The notes beneath the pieces are model-generated. The model made no database searches. It saw only the letters and a program-made list of their open reading frames with translations, and was not told where the DNA came from. The position numbers were made by a program, and so were the translations under genes. A DNA stretch of 64,000 bases from Bacteroidales bacterium (GTDB lineage: Bacteria > Bacteroidota > Bacteroidia > Bacteroidales > UBA7960): positions 261 to 64,260 of the forward strand of contig SKVW01000018.1 in assembly GCA_007129255.1 (NCBI GenBank). The letters are read 5' to 3'. This document shows positions 54,366-64,000 of the stretch, in pieces; the stretch's first letter is position 1, and each line of letters begins with the position of its first letter.

Positions 54366-57300
54366 TTGGCAGCAAACAACAAAACCGGCGAAAGAATCAA
54401 TTTTGCCACGGTAACCAAACATTTTGAATACCCCGATTTTCTAGAAGTTCAGGTGAAATCCTTCCAGGATTTCTTTCAGTTGGAAACCACTCCTGAAAAC
54501 CGGAAAAACGAAGGGCTATTCAAGGTTTTTAGTGAGAACTTTCCCATTTCGGATGCCAGGAATAACTTTGTCCTGGAATTCCTGGACTATTTTATCGACC
54601 CCCCCAAATATTCCATTCAGGAATGTATTGAAAGAGGGTTGACTTATAGTGTTCCGCTAAAAGCCAAATTAAAATTATATTGTACCGATCCTGAGCACGA
54701 GGATTTTGAGACCATCATCCAGGATGTTTACCTGGGAACCATCCCCTACATGACGCCCAGGGGCACTTTTGTGATCAATGGTGCCGAAAGGGTGGTTGTT
54801 TCCCAGCTCCACAGGTCTCCCGGGGTTTTCTTCGGAACCAGTGTGCACGCAAACGGTACGCAGCTCTACAGTGCCCGGATCATCCCGTTTAAAGGCTCCT
54901 GGATAGAGTTTGCAACAGACATCAATAGCGTAATGTATGCCTACATAGACCGGAAGAAGAAATTACCGGTTACTACCCTTTTACGCGCTATTGGTTTTGA
55001 GAATGATAAAGACATTCTGGAGATCTTTGACCTCGCCGATGAGGTTAAGGTCAGTAAAACCGGCCTGAAAAAATATATAGGCCGTAAACTTGCTGCCCGG
55101 GTGCTCAAATCCTGGGTAGAGGACTTTGTTGATGAGGACACAGGAGAAGTGGTTTCCATAGAACGCACCGAGGTGATCATTGACCGTGAAACCCTTCTTG
55201 AAAACGAACATATCGACCTGATCCTGGATGCCGGGGTTAAAACCATTATTCTGCATAAAGAAGACGTTAACCTGAACGACTATGCCCTGGTGTATAACAC
55301 CCTGCAGAAAGATACCACCAACTCAGAAAAAGAAGCCGTTGAATTTATTTACCGGCTGCTTAGAAATGCCGATCCCCCTGATGACGAAACCGCCCGGGGA
55401 ATGATCGAAAAGCTTTTCTTCTCCGATAAGCGATATGACCTTGGAGATGTTGGACGTTATCGGATCAACAAAAAACTGAACCTTAACATTCCTATGGATG
55501 TCAGGGTATTGACCAAGGAAGACATTATCTATATCGTTAAATACCTCATTGAGTTGGTTAATGCCAAGGCAGATGTGGACGATATTGACCACCTGAGTAA
55601 CCGCCGTGTACGTACCGTTGGAGAACAGTTATACTCACAGTTTGGGGTTGGGCTTGCCCGTATGGCGCGCACCATTCGTGAACGCATGAACGTTCGCGAC
55701 AACGAGGTGTTTGCTCCTACCGACCTGATCAATGCCAAAACCCTTTCTTCGGTTATCAATTCGTTCTTTGGTACCAACCAGCTTTCCCAGTTTATGGATC
55801 AAACCAATCCATTGGCGGAGCTTACCCACAAGCGCAGAATGTCTGCCCTTGGGCCCGGAGGATTATCCCGTGAAAGAGCTGGTTTTGAGGTGCGTGACGT
55901 GCACTTTACCCACTACGGAAGGCTTTGTACCATTGAAACACCGGAAGGACCCAATATTGGCCTGATCTCTTCTTTGTGTGTTTATGCCAAAATTAATGAC
56001 CTTGGCTTTATAGAAACACCATATTTTAATGTAAAAGAGGGTAAGGTGGATTTTGAAAACGATCCGGTTTACCTTTCTGCAGAGGAAGAAGAAACACAAA
56101 TTATCAGCCAGGCAAATGTGCCCATTAAAAAGAATGGGCAGTTTGAGGAAGATCGTATTAAGGTTAGATACCAGGCAGATTACCCGATCGTTGAACCTGA
56201 GAAGATCAACCTGATGGATGTAGGCCCCAACCAGATTGCTTCGGTTGCTGCTTCATTGATCCCCTTTCTGGAGCATGATGATGCCAACCGTGCACTCATG
56301 GGAAGTAACATGATGCGTCAGGCCGTTCCCATTTTAAAACCGGAAGCGCCTATCGTTGGCACAGGCCTGGAAAAAAGAGTCGCTTCCGACTCCAGGGTTT
56401 TGCTGAATGCCGAAGGTGACGGAATGGTTGAATATGTCGATTCTGAAAAGATCGTGATCAGGTATTCGCGCAGCGATGATGAAAGGCTGGTTAGCTTTGA
56501 TGATGACGTGCGCACTTATAACCTGATTAAATTCAGCAAAACCAACCAAAACAGCTGTATTAACCTTAAACCTATTGTTCGCAAAGGACAAAAGGTGGTC
56601 AAAGGACAAATATTAAGCGAAGGCTATGCTACCGAGAACGGAGAACTGGCCCTGGGACGCAACCTGAAGGTGGCTTTCATGCCATGGAAAGGTTATAACT
56701 TTGAGGATGCCATTGTGGTTTCTGATAAAATCGTTAGGGAGGATGTGTTTACCTCCATCCATATCGAGGAATTCTCTCTTGATGTTCGCGATACCAAAAG
56801 GGGCGCTGAAGAGCTTACGAGCGATATTCCCAATGTTAGTGCCGAAGCCATTAAAGATCTTGATGAAAACGGTCTGATCCGTATCGGTGCAGAGATTAAT
56901 GAAGGAGATATTTTGATCGGTAAAATCACTCCTAAAGGTGAAACCGATCCCACGCCGGAAGAAAAACTGCTGCGTGCCATTTTTGGTGACAAAGCCGGTG
57001 ATGTAAAAGATGCCTCCTTAAAAGCACCTCCCGCCACCAAAGGTGTTATCATTAACAAAAAACTTTTCTCCCGGGTTTTGAAGGACCGTAAGGCCAAAAC
57101 CAAGGAAAAGATCATTCTGGATAAACTGGATGAAGAGTTCAACAGCAATGTAAAAGAGCTCCGGGCCAAGCTGATCGATAAACTGATCGTTCTTGTAAGC
57201 GGGAAGACTTCACAGGGTGTAATGAACAGCCTGAAAGAAGTGGTGGTGCCCAAAGGAACCAAGTTTACCCAGAAGGTACTGAATACGCTTGACTTCAGCA

Positions 57301-58178
57301 CCATTAATCCCAATAACTGGACCACCGATAAGGAAAAGAACCGCCTGATAAGGGAACTTTTGCATAATTATTCCATTAAGTACAAAGACCTTCTGGGTGC
57401 ATACAATCGCCGTAAGTTTACCTCCACCGTAGGGGATGAACTTCCGACAGGCATTGTGCAGCTTGCAAAAGTTTACCTTGCCAAAAAGCGTAAGCTTAAG
57501 GTGGGTGATAAGATGGCAGGCCGCCATGGTAACAAAGGTATTGTTGCCCGTATCGTCAGGGAAGAAGATATGCCTTTCCTGGAAGACGGCACTCCTGTTG
57601 ATATTGTGCTTAACCCCTTAGGAGTGCCTTCGCGAATGAACCTGGGACAGATCTATGAAACGGTTCTTGGCTGGGCAGGTGAAAAACTTGGACTCAAGTT
57701 TGCCAGCCCGATTTTTGACGGTGCCAAAGTGGATGAGATCAATGAATACCTTAAGCAGGCCGGACTTCCTGAAAACGGAAAAGTTTACCTGTACGACGGT
57801 GGCACCGGCGAAAGGTTTGACCAGCCCGCTACCGTTGGGGTGATTTACATGTTGAAGCTTGGCCACATGGTGGAAGACAAGATGCATGCCAGGTCGATCG
57901 GTCCTTATTCGCTGATCACCCAACAGCCCCTTGGAGGTAAAGCCCAATTTGGTGGACAGCGCTTTGGAGAGATGGAAGTATGGGCACTTGAAGCTTTTGG
58001 CGCGGCCAACATCCTTCAGGAGATCCTTACCGTGAAGTCCGATGATGTTATTGGCCGGGCCAAGGCCTATGAAACCATTGTAAAAGGCGAAAATATGCCC
58101 TCTCCCGGTGTACCCGAATCATTCAATGTGTTGGTGCACGAGCTGAGGGGTCTGGGCCTCAACATCAAATTTGAATAA
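54366..58178 (+). CDS. rpoB: DNA-directed RNA polymerase subunit beta
   Basis: It has 1270 aa. The N-terminus ([21 protein letters not shown]) matches the Bacteroidota RpoB pattern. The start is TTG, and no in-frame ATG lies between the upstream stop (54342-54344) and this conserved N-terminus. Confidence 0.97.
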   Translation: MAANNKTGERINFATVTKHFEYPDFLEVQVKSFQDFFQLETTPENRKNEGLFKVFSENFPISDARNNFVLEFLDYFIDPPKYSIQECIERGLTYSVPLKAKLKLYCTDPEHEDFETIIQDVYLGTIPYMTPRGTFVINGAERVVVSQLHRSPGVFFGTSVHANGTQLYSARIIPFKGSWIEFATDINSVMYAYIDRKKKLPVTTLLRAIGFENDKDILEIFDLADEVKVSKTGLKKYIGRKLAARVLKSWVEDFVDEDTGEVVSIERTEVIIDRETLLENEHIDLILDAGVKTIILHKEDVNLNDYALVYNTLQKDTTNSEKEAVEFIYRLLRNADPPDDETARGMIEKLFFSDKRYDLGDVGRYRINKKLNLNIPMDVRVLTKEDIIYIVKYLIELVNAKADVDDIDHLSNRRVRTVGEQLYSQFGVGLARMARTIRERMNVRDNEVFAPTDLINAKTLSSVINSFFGTNQLSQFMDQTNPLAELTHKRRMSALGPGGLSRERAGFEVRDVHFTHYGRLCTIETPEGPNIGLISSLCVYAKINDLGFIETPYFNVKEGKVDFENDPVYLSAEEEETQIISQANVPIKKNGQFEEDRIKVRYQADYPIVEPEKINLMDVGPNQIASVAASLIPFLEHDDANRALMGSNMMRQAVPILKPEAPIVGTGLEKRVASDSRVLLNAEGDGMVEYVDSEKIVIRYSRSDDERLVSFDDDVRTYNLIKFSKTNQNSCINLKPIVRKGQKVVKGQILSEGYATENGELALGRNLKVAFMPWKGYNFEDAIVVSDKIVREDVFTSIHIEEFSLDVRDTKRGAEELTSDIPNVSAEAIKDLDENGLIRIGAEINEGDILIGKITPKGETDPTPEEKLLRAIFGDKAGDVKDASLKAPPATKGVIINKKLFSRVLKDRKAKTKEKIILDKLDEEFNSNVKELRAKLIDKLIVLVSGKTSQGVMNSLKEVVVPKGTKFTQKVLNTLDFSTINPNNWTTDKEKNRLIRELLHNYSIKYKDLLGAYNRRKFTSTVGDELPTGIVQLAKVYLAKKRKLKVGDKMAGRHGNKGIVARIVREEDMPFLEDGTPVDIVLNPLGVPSRMNLGQIYETVLGWAGEKLGLKFASPIFDGAKVDEINEYLKQAGLPENGKVYLYDGGTGERFDQPATVGVIYMLKLGHMVEDKMHARSIGPYSLITQQPLGGKAQFGGQRFGEMEVWALEAFGAANILQEILTVKSDDVIGRAKAYETIVKGENMPSPGVPESFNVLVHELRGLGLNIKFE

Positions 58179-58307
58179 AATATTCATTTCGGGATGGGCT
58201 TTCCGAAGCCCTTCCCGAAATGTACCATTAGCATAACGTTCTTTGTTTGCTAATTGCTGTTAACGACAAGTTGTTTATATCCATTTCCTTTAACAATATA
58301 TACTTTT

Positions 58308-61300
58308 ATGGCTTTCAGAAAAGAATCCAACGTTAAAAGCAATTTCTCCAAAATTACCATCAGCCTTGCCTCACCCGAGTCCATTCTGGAAAGGTCACAC
58401 GGAGAAGTGTTAAAGCCAGAAACCATCAATTACCGTACATATAAACCCGAAAGAGACGGGTTATTCTGCGAGCGGATTTTTGGCCCGGTGAAAGACTGGG
58501 AATGCCATTGTGGCAAATACAAACGGATTCGCTATAAAGGGATCGTTTGCGACCGCTGTGGTGTGGAAGTTACCGAAAAGAAAGTGCGGCGCGAAAGAAT
58601 GGGACACCTGAAACTGGTTGTTCCTGTTGCCCATATTTGGTTTTTCCGTTCTTTGCCCAATAAAATAGGCTACCTGCTTGGGCTGCCTTCCAAAAAACTT
58701 GACCAGATCATCTATTACGAAAGGTATGTGATTGTGAATCCGGGTATTAAATCCGATGAGCTGAATTACCTGGATTTTCTTACCGAAGAAGAATATTTTG
58801 ACATTCTGGAGTCTCTTCCAAAAGAAAATCAAATGCTGGAGGATGATGATCCCGGCAAGTTCGTTGCCAAAATGGGAGCAGAGGCATTGAAAGATCTGCT
58901 TTCCAGGCTCGATCTTGACCAGCTTTCCTATGACCTGCGCCATAAGGCCAATACCGAGACCTCCCAGCAGCGCAAAGCCGATGCATTAAAGAGGTTGCAG
59001 GTAGTAGAGGCTTTCCGTGACTCAAAGAAAACCATCGATAACAACCCCGAGTGGATGATTGTCGATGTGGTACCGGTAATCCCACCCGAATTACGGCCCC
59101 TGGTGCCCCTGGATGGCGGACGTTTTGCCACCAGCGACCTGAATGACCTCTACCGCAGGGTGATTATACGCAATAACCGCCTGAAAAGGCTTATTGAGAT
59201 CAAAGCCCCTGATGTGATCCTGCGTAACGAAAAACGTATGCTTCAGGAAGCCGTTGACTCACTTTTCGATAACTCCAGAAAAACCAATGCGGTAAAAACC
59301 GAATCCAACCGTCCCCTGAAATCGTTGAGCGACAGCCTTAAAGGTAAGCAGGGACGTTTCCGCCAAAACCTCCTGGGTAAAAGGGTTGACTACTCTGCCA
59401 GGTCGGTTATTGTCGTGGGTCCTGAGCTTAAGCTTCACGAATGCGGTATTCCTAAAGAAATGGCTTCCGAGCTGTTCAAGCCTTTCATCATTCGCAAGAT
59501 GCTGGAAAGAGGAATTGTTAAAACCGTGAAGTCTGCCAAAAAAATTGTCGATCGCAAAGATCCGGTGGTTTGGGATATTCTTGAAAACGTACTGAAAGGT
59601 CATCCTGTTTTGCTGAACCGTGCCCCCACTCTTCACAGGCTGGGTATCCAAGCATTTCAGCCAAAACTTATTGAGGGTAAGGCCATTCAGTTGCACCCAC
59701 TGGTATGTACCGCCTTTAATGCCGACTTTGACGGTGACCAGATGGCAGTTCACCTTCCCCTTGGCAATGCAGCCATCCTGGAAGCACAGCTGCTGATGCT
59801 GGCTTCCCACAATATTTTGAACCCTGCAAATGGTGCGCCCATTGCAGTGCCTTCCCAGGATATGGTATTGGGTTTGTATTACATGACCAAACCAAGAAAA
59901 AGTACCAAAGATCATGTGGTCAAAGGAGAAGGCCTTACATTTTATGGTACTGAAGAAGTAGTTATTGCCCATAACGAGGGTGCAGCCGATTTGCATGCAA
60001 TTATCAAGTTGCGGGCCAAAGTGCGGGAAAAGGACCAGTTGGTTGATAAAGTGATTGAAACAACCGTTGGAAGGGTTTTATTTAACGAGGTGATCCCTGA
60101 GGAGTACGGCTTTGTAAACCAGTTGCTTACCAAGAAAGCGCTTCGCGATATTATTGGCGGTATTATGAAAGTAACGGGGATTTCCCGTACTTCAAAATTC
60201 CTGGATGAGATCAAGGATATGGGATTCACCATGGCTTTCCGTGGTGGCTTATCCTTTAACCTTGGCGACATCCTGGTTCCGCAAGAAAAGCAAATCCTGA
60301 TCAACCAAGCCGATGAGCAGGTTGAAGAGGTGCGCGGAAACTACAGTATGGGCTTTATTACCAACAATGAGCGTTACAACCAGATCATTGACATCTGGAC
60401 CCATACCAATGCCAAACTCACCAAGGTTTTGATTGACAAAACCACCGCCGACAACCAGGGCTTCAACCCTGTATTTATGATGCTTGATTCCGGGGCGAGG
60501 GGTTCGAAAGAGCAGATCCGTCAGCTTTCCGGAATGAGGGGCCTGATGGCCAAGCCTCAAAAATCTGGTGCCAAAGGTGGTGAAATTATTGAAAACCCCA
60601 TTCTCTCCAACTTTAAGGAGGGGCTGTCGGTACTGGAGTATTTTATTTCCACTCACGGTGCGCGTAAGGGTCTTGCTGATACCGCACTGAAAACTGCCGA
60701 TGCCGGTTATCTGACCCGAAGGCTGGTGGATGTTTCCCAGGATGTGATAGTAAACGAATCGGATTGTGGTACCCTGCGTGGCTTAACCGCTACCGCCCTC
60801 AAAAATAACGAGGAAACCGTGGAGAGTCTTTATGACCGTATTCTTGGCCGGGCGACCCTTCACGACATCTATCATCCGACTTCCGGTGAGTTGATCGTAA
60901 AAGCAGGAGACGAACTTAACGAAGAAATTTGCGAGACCATTGAAGAATCGCCTATTGAAGCGGTTGAGATCCGTTCGGTATTGACCTGTGAGTCAAAATA
61001 TGGCGTTTGTGGTAAATGCTATGGCCGTAGCCTTGCTACCGGACGAATGGTGCAAAAAGGAGAAGCCATAGGTGTTATCGCTGCCCAGTCTATCGGGGAG
61101 CCCGGCACACAGCTTACGCTGCGTACTTTCCACGTGGGGGGTACTGCTTCCAATATTGCCACTGCCTCAAAGATCAATGCCAAATATAGCGGCTTGCTTG
61201 AAATTGATGAACTCCGGGCTGTTCCGTTTACCAATCCGGAAGGTAAGGAGTATTTTGTGGTAATTGGGCGTTCGGCCGAAATGAGAATCATAGACAAGAA

Positions 61301-62597
61301 TACCAGGATGGTGCTTACTTCCCAGAATATTCCATACGGTGCCAACCTGTATTTTAATACCGGTCAGGAGGTTAAAACCGGTGACCTGATTTGCGAATGG
61401 GATCCCTACAATGCGGTTATCATTTCTGATGTACCGGGTAAGGTGGTATTCAACAACATGGTGGAAGGTTCTACTTACCGGACGGACTCTGATGAGCAAA
61501 CCGGTTATTATGAAAAGGTGATCATCGAAACCAAGGATAAAACCAAAAACCCCTTCATCAGCATTGTTGATGAAAACGGGGAGATTCTCAGGAATTTTGA
61601 TATGCCGGTAGGTGCCCATATTGTATTGGAAGACAGCAGGGAAGTGAAATCCGGTACCACCATTGCCAAAATCCCCAGGGCAGTTGGTAAATCGGGCGAC
61701 ATCACCGGCGGTCTGCCAAGGATTACCGAGCTTTTTGAAGCCCGTAACCCTTCAGATCCTGCTGTTGTTTCCGAGATTGACGGGGTGGTTTCCTTTGGCA
61801 AGAAAATTAAACGGGGTAACCGTGAGGTGATCATCACCTCGAAAACCGGTGATGAAAAACGTTACCTGATCCCCTTGACAAAACAGATCCTTGCCCAGGA
61901 AAATGACTTTGTAAAAGCCGGAACACCCTTGTCGGACGGGCCCATTACCCCTGCCGACATCCTGTCCATCAAAGGCCCCACCGCCGTGCAGGAGTACATT
62001 GTGAACGAGGTTCAGGAAGTTTACCGCATGCAGGGGGTAAAAATCAATGACAAGCATTTTGAGATCATTGTGCGCCAGATGATGCGTAAACTTACCATCG
62101 ATGATCCCGGCGATACCCGCTTCCTTGAGAATGAAATCGTGAACAAGGTTGAGTTTATGGAAGAAAACGATGAAATGTTCGGCAAAAAGGTTGTTGAAGA
62201 TCCCGGCGATTCAGCCCTTAAGCCCGGTCAGATCATTACGGCAAGAAAGCTGCGCGATGAAAACTCCCTGCTTAAGCGTAAGGATAAAAAACTGGTGGAA
62301 TCCAGGGATGCCAGGGGTGCAACGGCACGTCAGCAGTTACAGGGTATTACCAAAGCTTCCCTGCAGACCAAGAGCTTTATTTCTGCGGCTTCCTTCCAGG
62401 AAACCACCAAAGTGCTTACCGATGCTGCTGTAAACGCTAAGACCGATGAACTTACCGGGCTTAAGGAAAATGTGATCGTAGGTCACCAGATCCCTGCCGG
62501 AACGGGACTTCGCGAATACGAAAACATCATCGTGGGTTCCATGGAGGAATACAATATGCTGATGGCCTCCAAGAAAAAAGCGGAAACCGAAGAATAA
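58308..62597 (+). CDS. rpoC: DNA-directed RNA polymerase subunit beta-prime
   Basis: A zinc-binding segment ([20 protein letters not shown]) and the catalytic NADFDGDQM motif. The ATG at 58308 (MAFRKES...) is preferred over the TTG at 58254. Confidence 0.97.
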   Translation: MAFRKESNVKSNFSKITISLASPESILERSHGEVLKPETINYRTYKPERDGLFCERIFGPVKDWECHCGKYKRIRYKGIVCDRCGVEVTEKKVRRERMGHLKLVVPVAHIWFFRSLPNKIGYLLGLPSKKLDQIIYYERYVIVNPGIKSDELNYLDFLTEEEYFDILESLPKENQMLEDDDPGKFVAKMGAEALKDLLSRLDLDQLSYDLRHKANTETSQQRKADALKRLQVVEAFRDSKKTIDNNPEWMIVDVVPVIPPELRPLVPLDGGRFATSDLNDLYRRVIIRNNRLKRLIEIKAPDVILRNEKRMLQEAVDSLFDNSRKTNAVKTESNRPLKSLSDSLKGKQGRFRQNLLGKRVDYSARSVIVVGPELKLHECGIPKEMASELFKPFIIRKMLERGIVKTVKSAKKIVDRKDPVVWDILENVLKGHPVLLNRAPTLHRLGIQAFQPKLIEGKAIQLHPLVCTAFNADFDGDQMAVHLPLGNAAILEAQLLMLASHNILNPANGAPIAVPSQDMVLGLYYMTKPRKSTKDHVVKGEGLTFYGTEEVVIAHNEGAADLHAIIKLRAKVREKDQLVDKVIETTVGRVLFNEVIPEEYGFVNQLLTKKALRDIIGGIMKVTGISRTSKFLDEIKDMGFTMAFRGGLSFNLGDILVPQEKQILINQADEQVEEVRGNYSMGFITNNERYNQIIDIWTHTNAKLTKVLIDKTTADNQGFNPVFMMLDSGARGSKEQIRQLSGMRGLMAKPQKSGAKGGEIIENPILSNFKEGLSVLEYFISTHGARKGLADTALKTADAGYLTRRLVDVSQDVIVNESDCGTLRGLTATALKNNEETVESLYDRILGRATLHDIYHPTSGELIVKAGDELNEEICETIEESPIEAVEIRSVLTCESKYGVCGKCYGRSLATGRMVQKGEAIGVIAAQSIGEPGTQLTLRTFHVGGTASNIATASKINAKYSGLLEIDELRAVPFTNPEGKEYFVVIGRSAEMRIIDKNTRMVLTSQNIPYGANLYFNTGQEVKTGDLICEWDPYNAVIISDVPGKVVFNNMVEGSTYRTDSDEQTGYYEKVIIETKDKTKNPFISIVDENGEILRNFDMPVGAHIVLEDSREVKSGTTIAKIPRAVGKSGDITGGLPRITELFEARNPSDPAVVSEIDGVVSFGKKIKRGNREVIITSKTGDEKRYLIPLTKQILAQENDFVKAGTPLSDGPITPADILSIKGPTAVQEYIVNEVQEVYRMQGVKINDKHFEIIVRQMMRKLTIDDPGDTRFLENEIVNKVEFMEENDEMFGKKVVEDPGDSALKPGQIITARKLRDENSLLKRKDKKLVESRDARGATARQQLQGITKASLQTKSFISAASFQETTKVLTDAAVNAKTDELTGLKENVIVGHQIPAGTGLREYENIIVGSMEEYNMLMASKKKAETEE

Positions 62598-62624
62598 TTT
62601 CACAAAAAAAGAAAGGACTTATCC

Positions 62625-62942
62625 ATGGCAGAACAACAGAAAAAATCAAATAAGCAGATCAATATTGAACTTGGGGAAGAAGTGGCAGAAGGGGTTTATT
62701 CCAACCTTGCCATCATTACCCATTCCAATACAGAATTTATTGTTGACTTTGTAAGGATGATGCCTGGGGTGCCCAAAGCCAAAGTGAAATCCAGGATCGT
62801 ATTGACTCCGCAACATGCCAAAAGGCTGATGAAAGCCCTCAAGGACAATATTGCCAAATACGAATCCAATCATGGCCCGATCAAGGATATTGAATCTCCG
62901 GGATTGCCCATGAATCTGGGAGGACCTACAGCTCAGGCCTGA
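62625..62942 (+). CDS. DUF3467-family small protein
   Basis: A 105-aa protein with VYSNLAIITHSNTEFIVDFVRMMPG...RIVLTPQHAKRL. It sits immediately downstream of rpoC, as is common in Bacteroidota. Confidence 0.8.
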   Translation: MAEQQKKSNKQINIELGEEVAEGVYSNLAIITHSNTEFIVDFVRMMPGVPKAKVKSRIVLTPQHAKRLMKALKDNIAKYESNHGPIKDIESPGLPMNLGGPTAQA

Positions 62943-62965
62943 TCCGACCTTATGAATTAAAAAAA

Positions 62966-62997
62966 GGGGTTGCGTGTTGAACGCAACCCTTTTTTTA
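62966..62997 (+). terminator. Rho-independent terminator closing the rpoBC operon
   Basis: GGGTTGCGT (62967-62975) pairs with ACGCAACCC (62981-62989) around a 5-nt loop, followed by TTTTTTT. Confidence 0.85.
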
Positions 62998-63118
62998 ATG
63001 GATTCAGAAAGGCTTTATTTCTTTAACTGTTTGTAACAAAACTTCAATCGCCTGTGCAGGGAACTCAGTGAATTTAATACCCAATGTGGATGGAACAAGG
63101 CCTGACCTGTCCCGGGAA

Positions 63119-64000
63119 CTAATACAAAAAACCGAATATCCAAAGCGGCAGCGCATTTCCGGCCGGATATTCCAGGCTGTCTTTTACCACAAAAGCATTG
63201 GATGATCCTTTGATCTGTTTGCTGCTTTTGCCTGCACCGCCAATTTCAAACAAAAACTTTCCGTTCACTTCAAAATCAGTATTTTTTGGCTGATTTACCC
63301 TGTGTAAAACAGAAACCTGGTTGAGGAAAAATGTTTCCTGAACCGTGCCTATAGAAGGGGAAGTCTCGGCAATGGCATAGAGAAGGTTTGAGTTGTTCAG
63401 AAAGATCTTTTCGGGCTTTTGCGGGCTGGCAATGCTTTTACCGGATGGGTGCAAAAGCCTGATCAGCCTCGCTTCTTCCAGGAAGTACAGGTAGTTTAAT
63501 ATTGAATTTCTGTGTATCCGGCTTTTTTGCGAAAGGTTTACAATATTCGGTTTGAACGGAACCTGCTGGGCAATGATGTAAATCAACTGCAGCATTTTTT
63601 TCGCATTCCTTATGTCGAAGCCCTTTATCTCGGCCATATCGCTTTCAACGATCTGCCTGACGAGCTGCCTCAGGCGCAGGGGATAGCCGGCTTTATCCTC
63701 ACTGAAAAACGGATAGTATCCATGAGAAAGATAATCATCGAAATGTTCCAGCGGCCGGAAATCCGGTGGGAAAATATCCCTGATATCCTGTTGGTTTTCC
63801 AGGATAAGCTCCATGGGTATGGCCTCAACATCAAGGTAACCGCACATTTTCAGAAATTCCCTGTAAGATAAACCCTGAAGCTCATACATCATTGCCCTGC
63901 GACTGAGATCAGCTTCCTGCCTGGAAATATCAATGATTGATGAGCCGGTAAAAATGATTTGAAGGTCGCTGTAGCGATCGTAAAGGTTTTTGATTTCCCT
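63119..64000 (-). CDS. AAA+ ATPase with C-terminal DUF4143-like domain; 5' end beyond the window
   Basis: The frame stays open from 63892 to base 64000 (REIKNLYDRYSDLQIIFTGSSIIDISRQEADLSRRAMMYELQGLSYREFL). This pattern and the C-terminal part resemble the AAA_14/DUF4143 ATPase family. Confidence 0.7.
   Translation of the reverse strand, partial: REIKNLYDRYSDLQIIFTGSSIIDISRQEADLSRRAMMYELQGLSYREFLKMCGYLDVEAIPMELILENQQDIRDIFPPDFRPLEHFDDYLSHGYYPFFSEDKAGYPLRLRQLVRQIVESDMAEIKGFDIRNAKKMLQLIYIIAQQVPFKPNIVNLSQKSRIHRNSILNYLYFLEEARLIRLLHPSGKSIASPQKPEKIFLNNSNLLYAIAETSPSIGTVQETFFLNQVSVLHRVNQPKNTDFEVNGKFLFEIGGAGKSSKQIKGSSNAFVVKDSLEYPAGNALPLWIFGFLY

Noticed and set aside
1-64000. Looked for CRISPR arrays, rRNA genes, transposases/integrases with flanking repeats, toxin-antitoxin pairs, restriction-modification genes and other defence genes.
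   Set aside because: None were found. The only tyrosine recombinase (48027-48917) sits in the conserved rpsU-xer-hpf context, has no att-like repeats, and looks like the chromosomal Xer enzyme.

Overview
This window is a gene-dense, mostly housekeeping stretch of a Bacteroidota-type chromosome. Supporting signs: a T9SS C-terminal sorting domain, a GldB-like lipoprotein, TTTG-N19-TAnnTTTG promoter matches, and Bacteroidota-style dcw and rif-region synteny.

Layout:
- 2-1891 (+): 3' part of a SprB-repeat surface protein with a T9SS sorting domain.
- 1966-17315 (-): a complete dcw operon, mraZ-rsmH-ftsL-ftsI-murE-mraY-murD-ftsW-murG-murC-ftsQ-ftsA-ftsZ. There is no murF, ddl or murB in the cluster. 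A phased GTGGTAAA repeat array sits upstream of mraZ.
- 17.6-47.5 kb: mixed housekeeping genes. These are a lipoamino-acid acyltransferase pair, engB, gldB-like, an OM beta-barrel, nadE, nifU-like/apbC, an alkyltransferase-like protein, trmB, a SPOR protein, kdsB, deoxynucleoside kinase, GH3, PPK2 overlapping an orphan histidine kinase, a five-gene envelope operon of unknown function, a TM2 protein, peroxiredoxin, a tricorn-like protease, yraN, purS, pssA and DPP-IV.
- 47.7-62.9 kb (+): rpsU, a Xer recombinase, hpf, tRNA Thr-Tyr-Gly-Thr, tuf, tRNA-Trp, secE-nusG-rplKAJL-rpoBC and a DUF3467 gene.
- 63119 to the window edge (-): a truncated AAA+/DUF4143 ATPase.

I saw no rRNA, CRISPR array, transposase, integron or prophage module.

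The least explained items are:
1. A tightly coupled operon at 34476-38256. It encodes a LolA-like secreted protein, a signal-peptide-bearing YidD-domain protein, two similarly built helical-repeat/membrane-hairpin proteins and another secreted helical-repeat protein.
2. A dispersed noncoding element of about 113-147 bp. Two direct copies flank a CRYAGAGA-repeat core upstream of nadE, and a third lies upstream of rpsU. Each copy is bracketed by ATGAAA/ATGAAR.

All functional calls come from motif recognition by eye. No searches were run.
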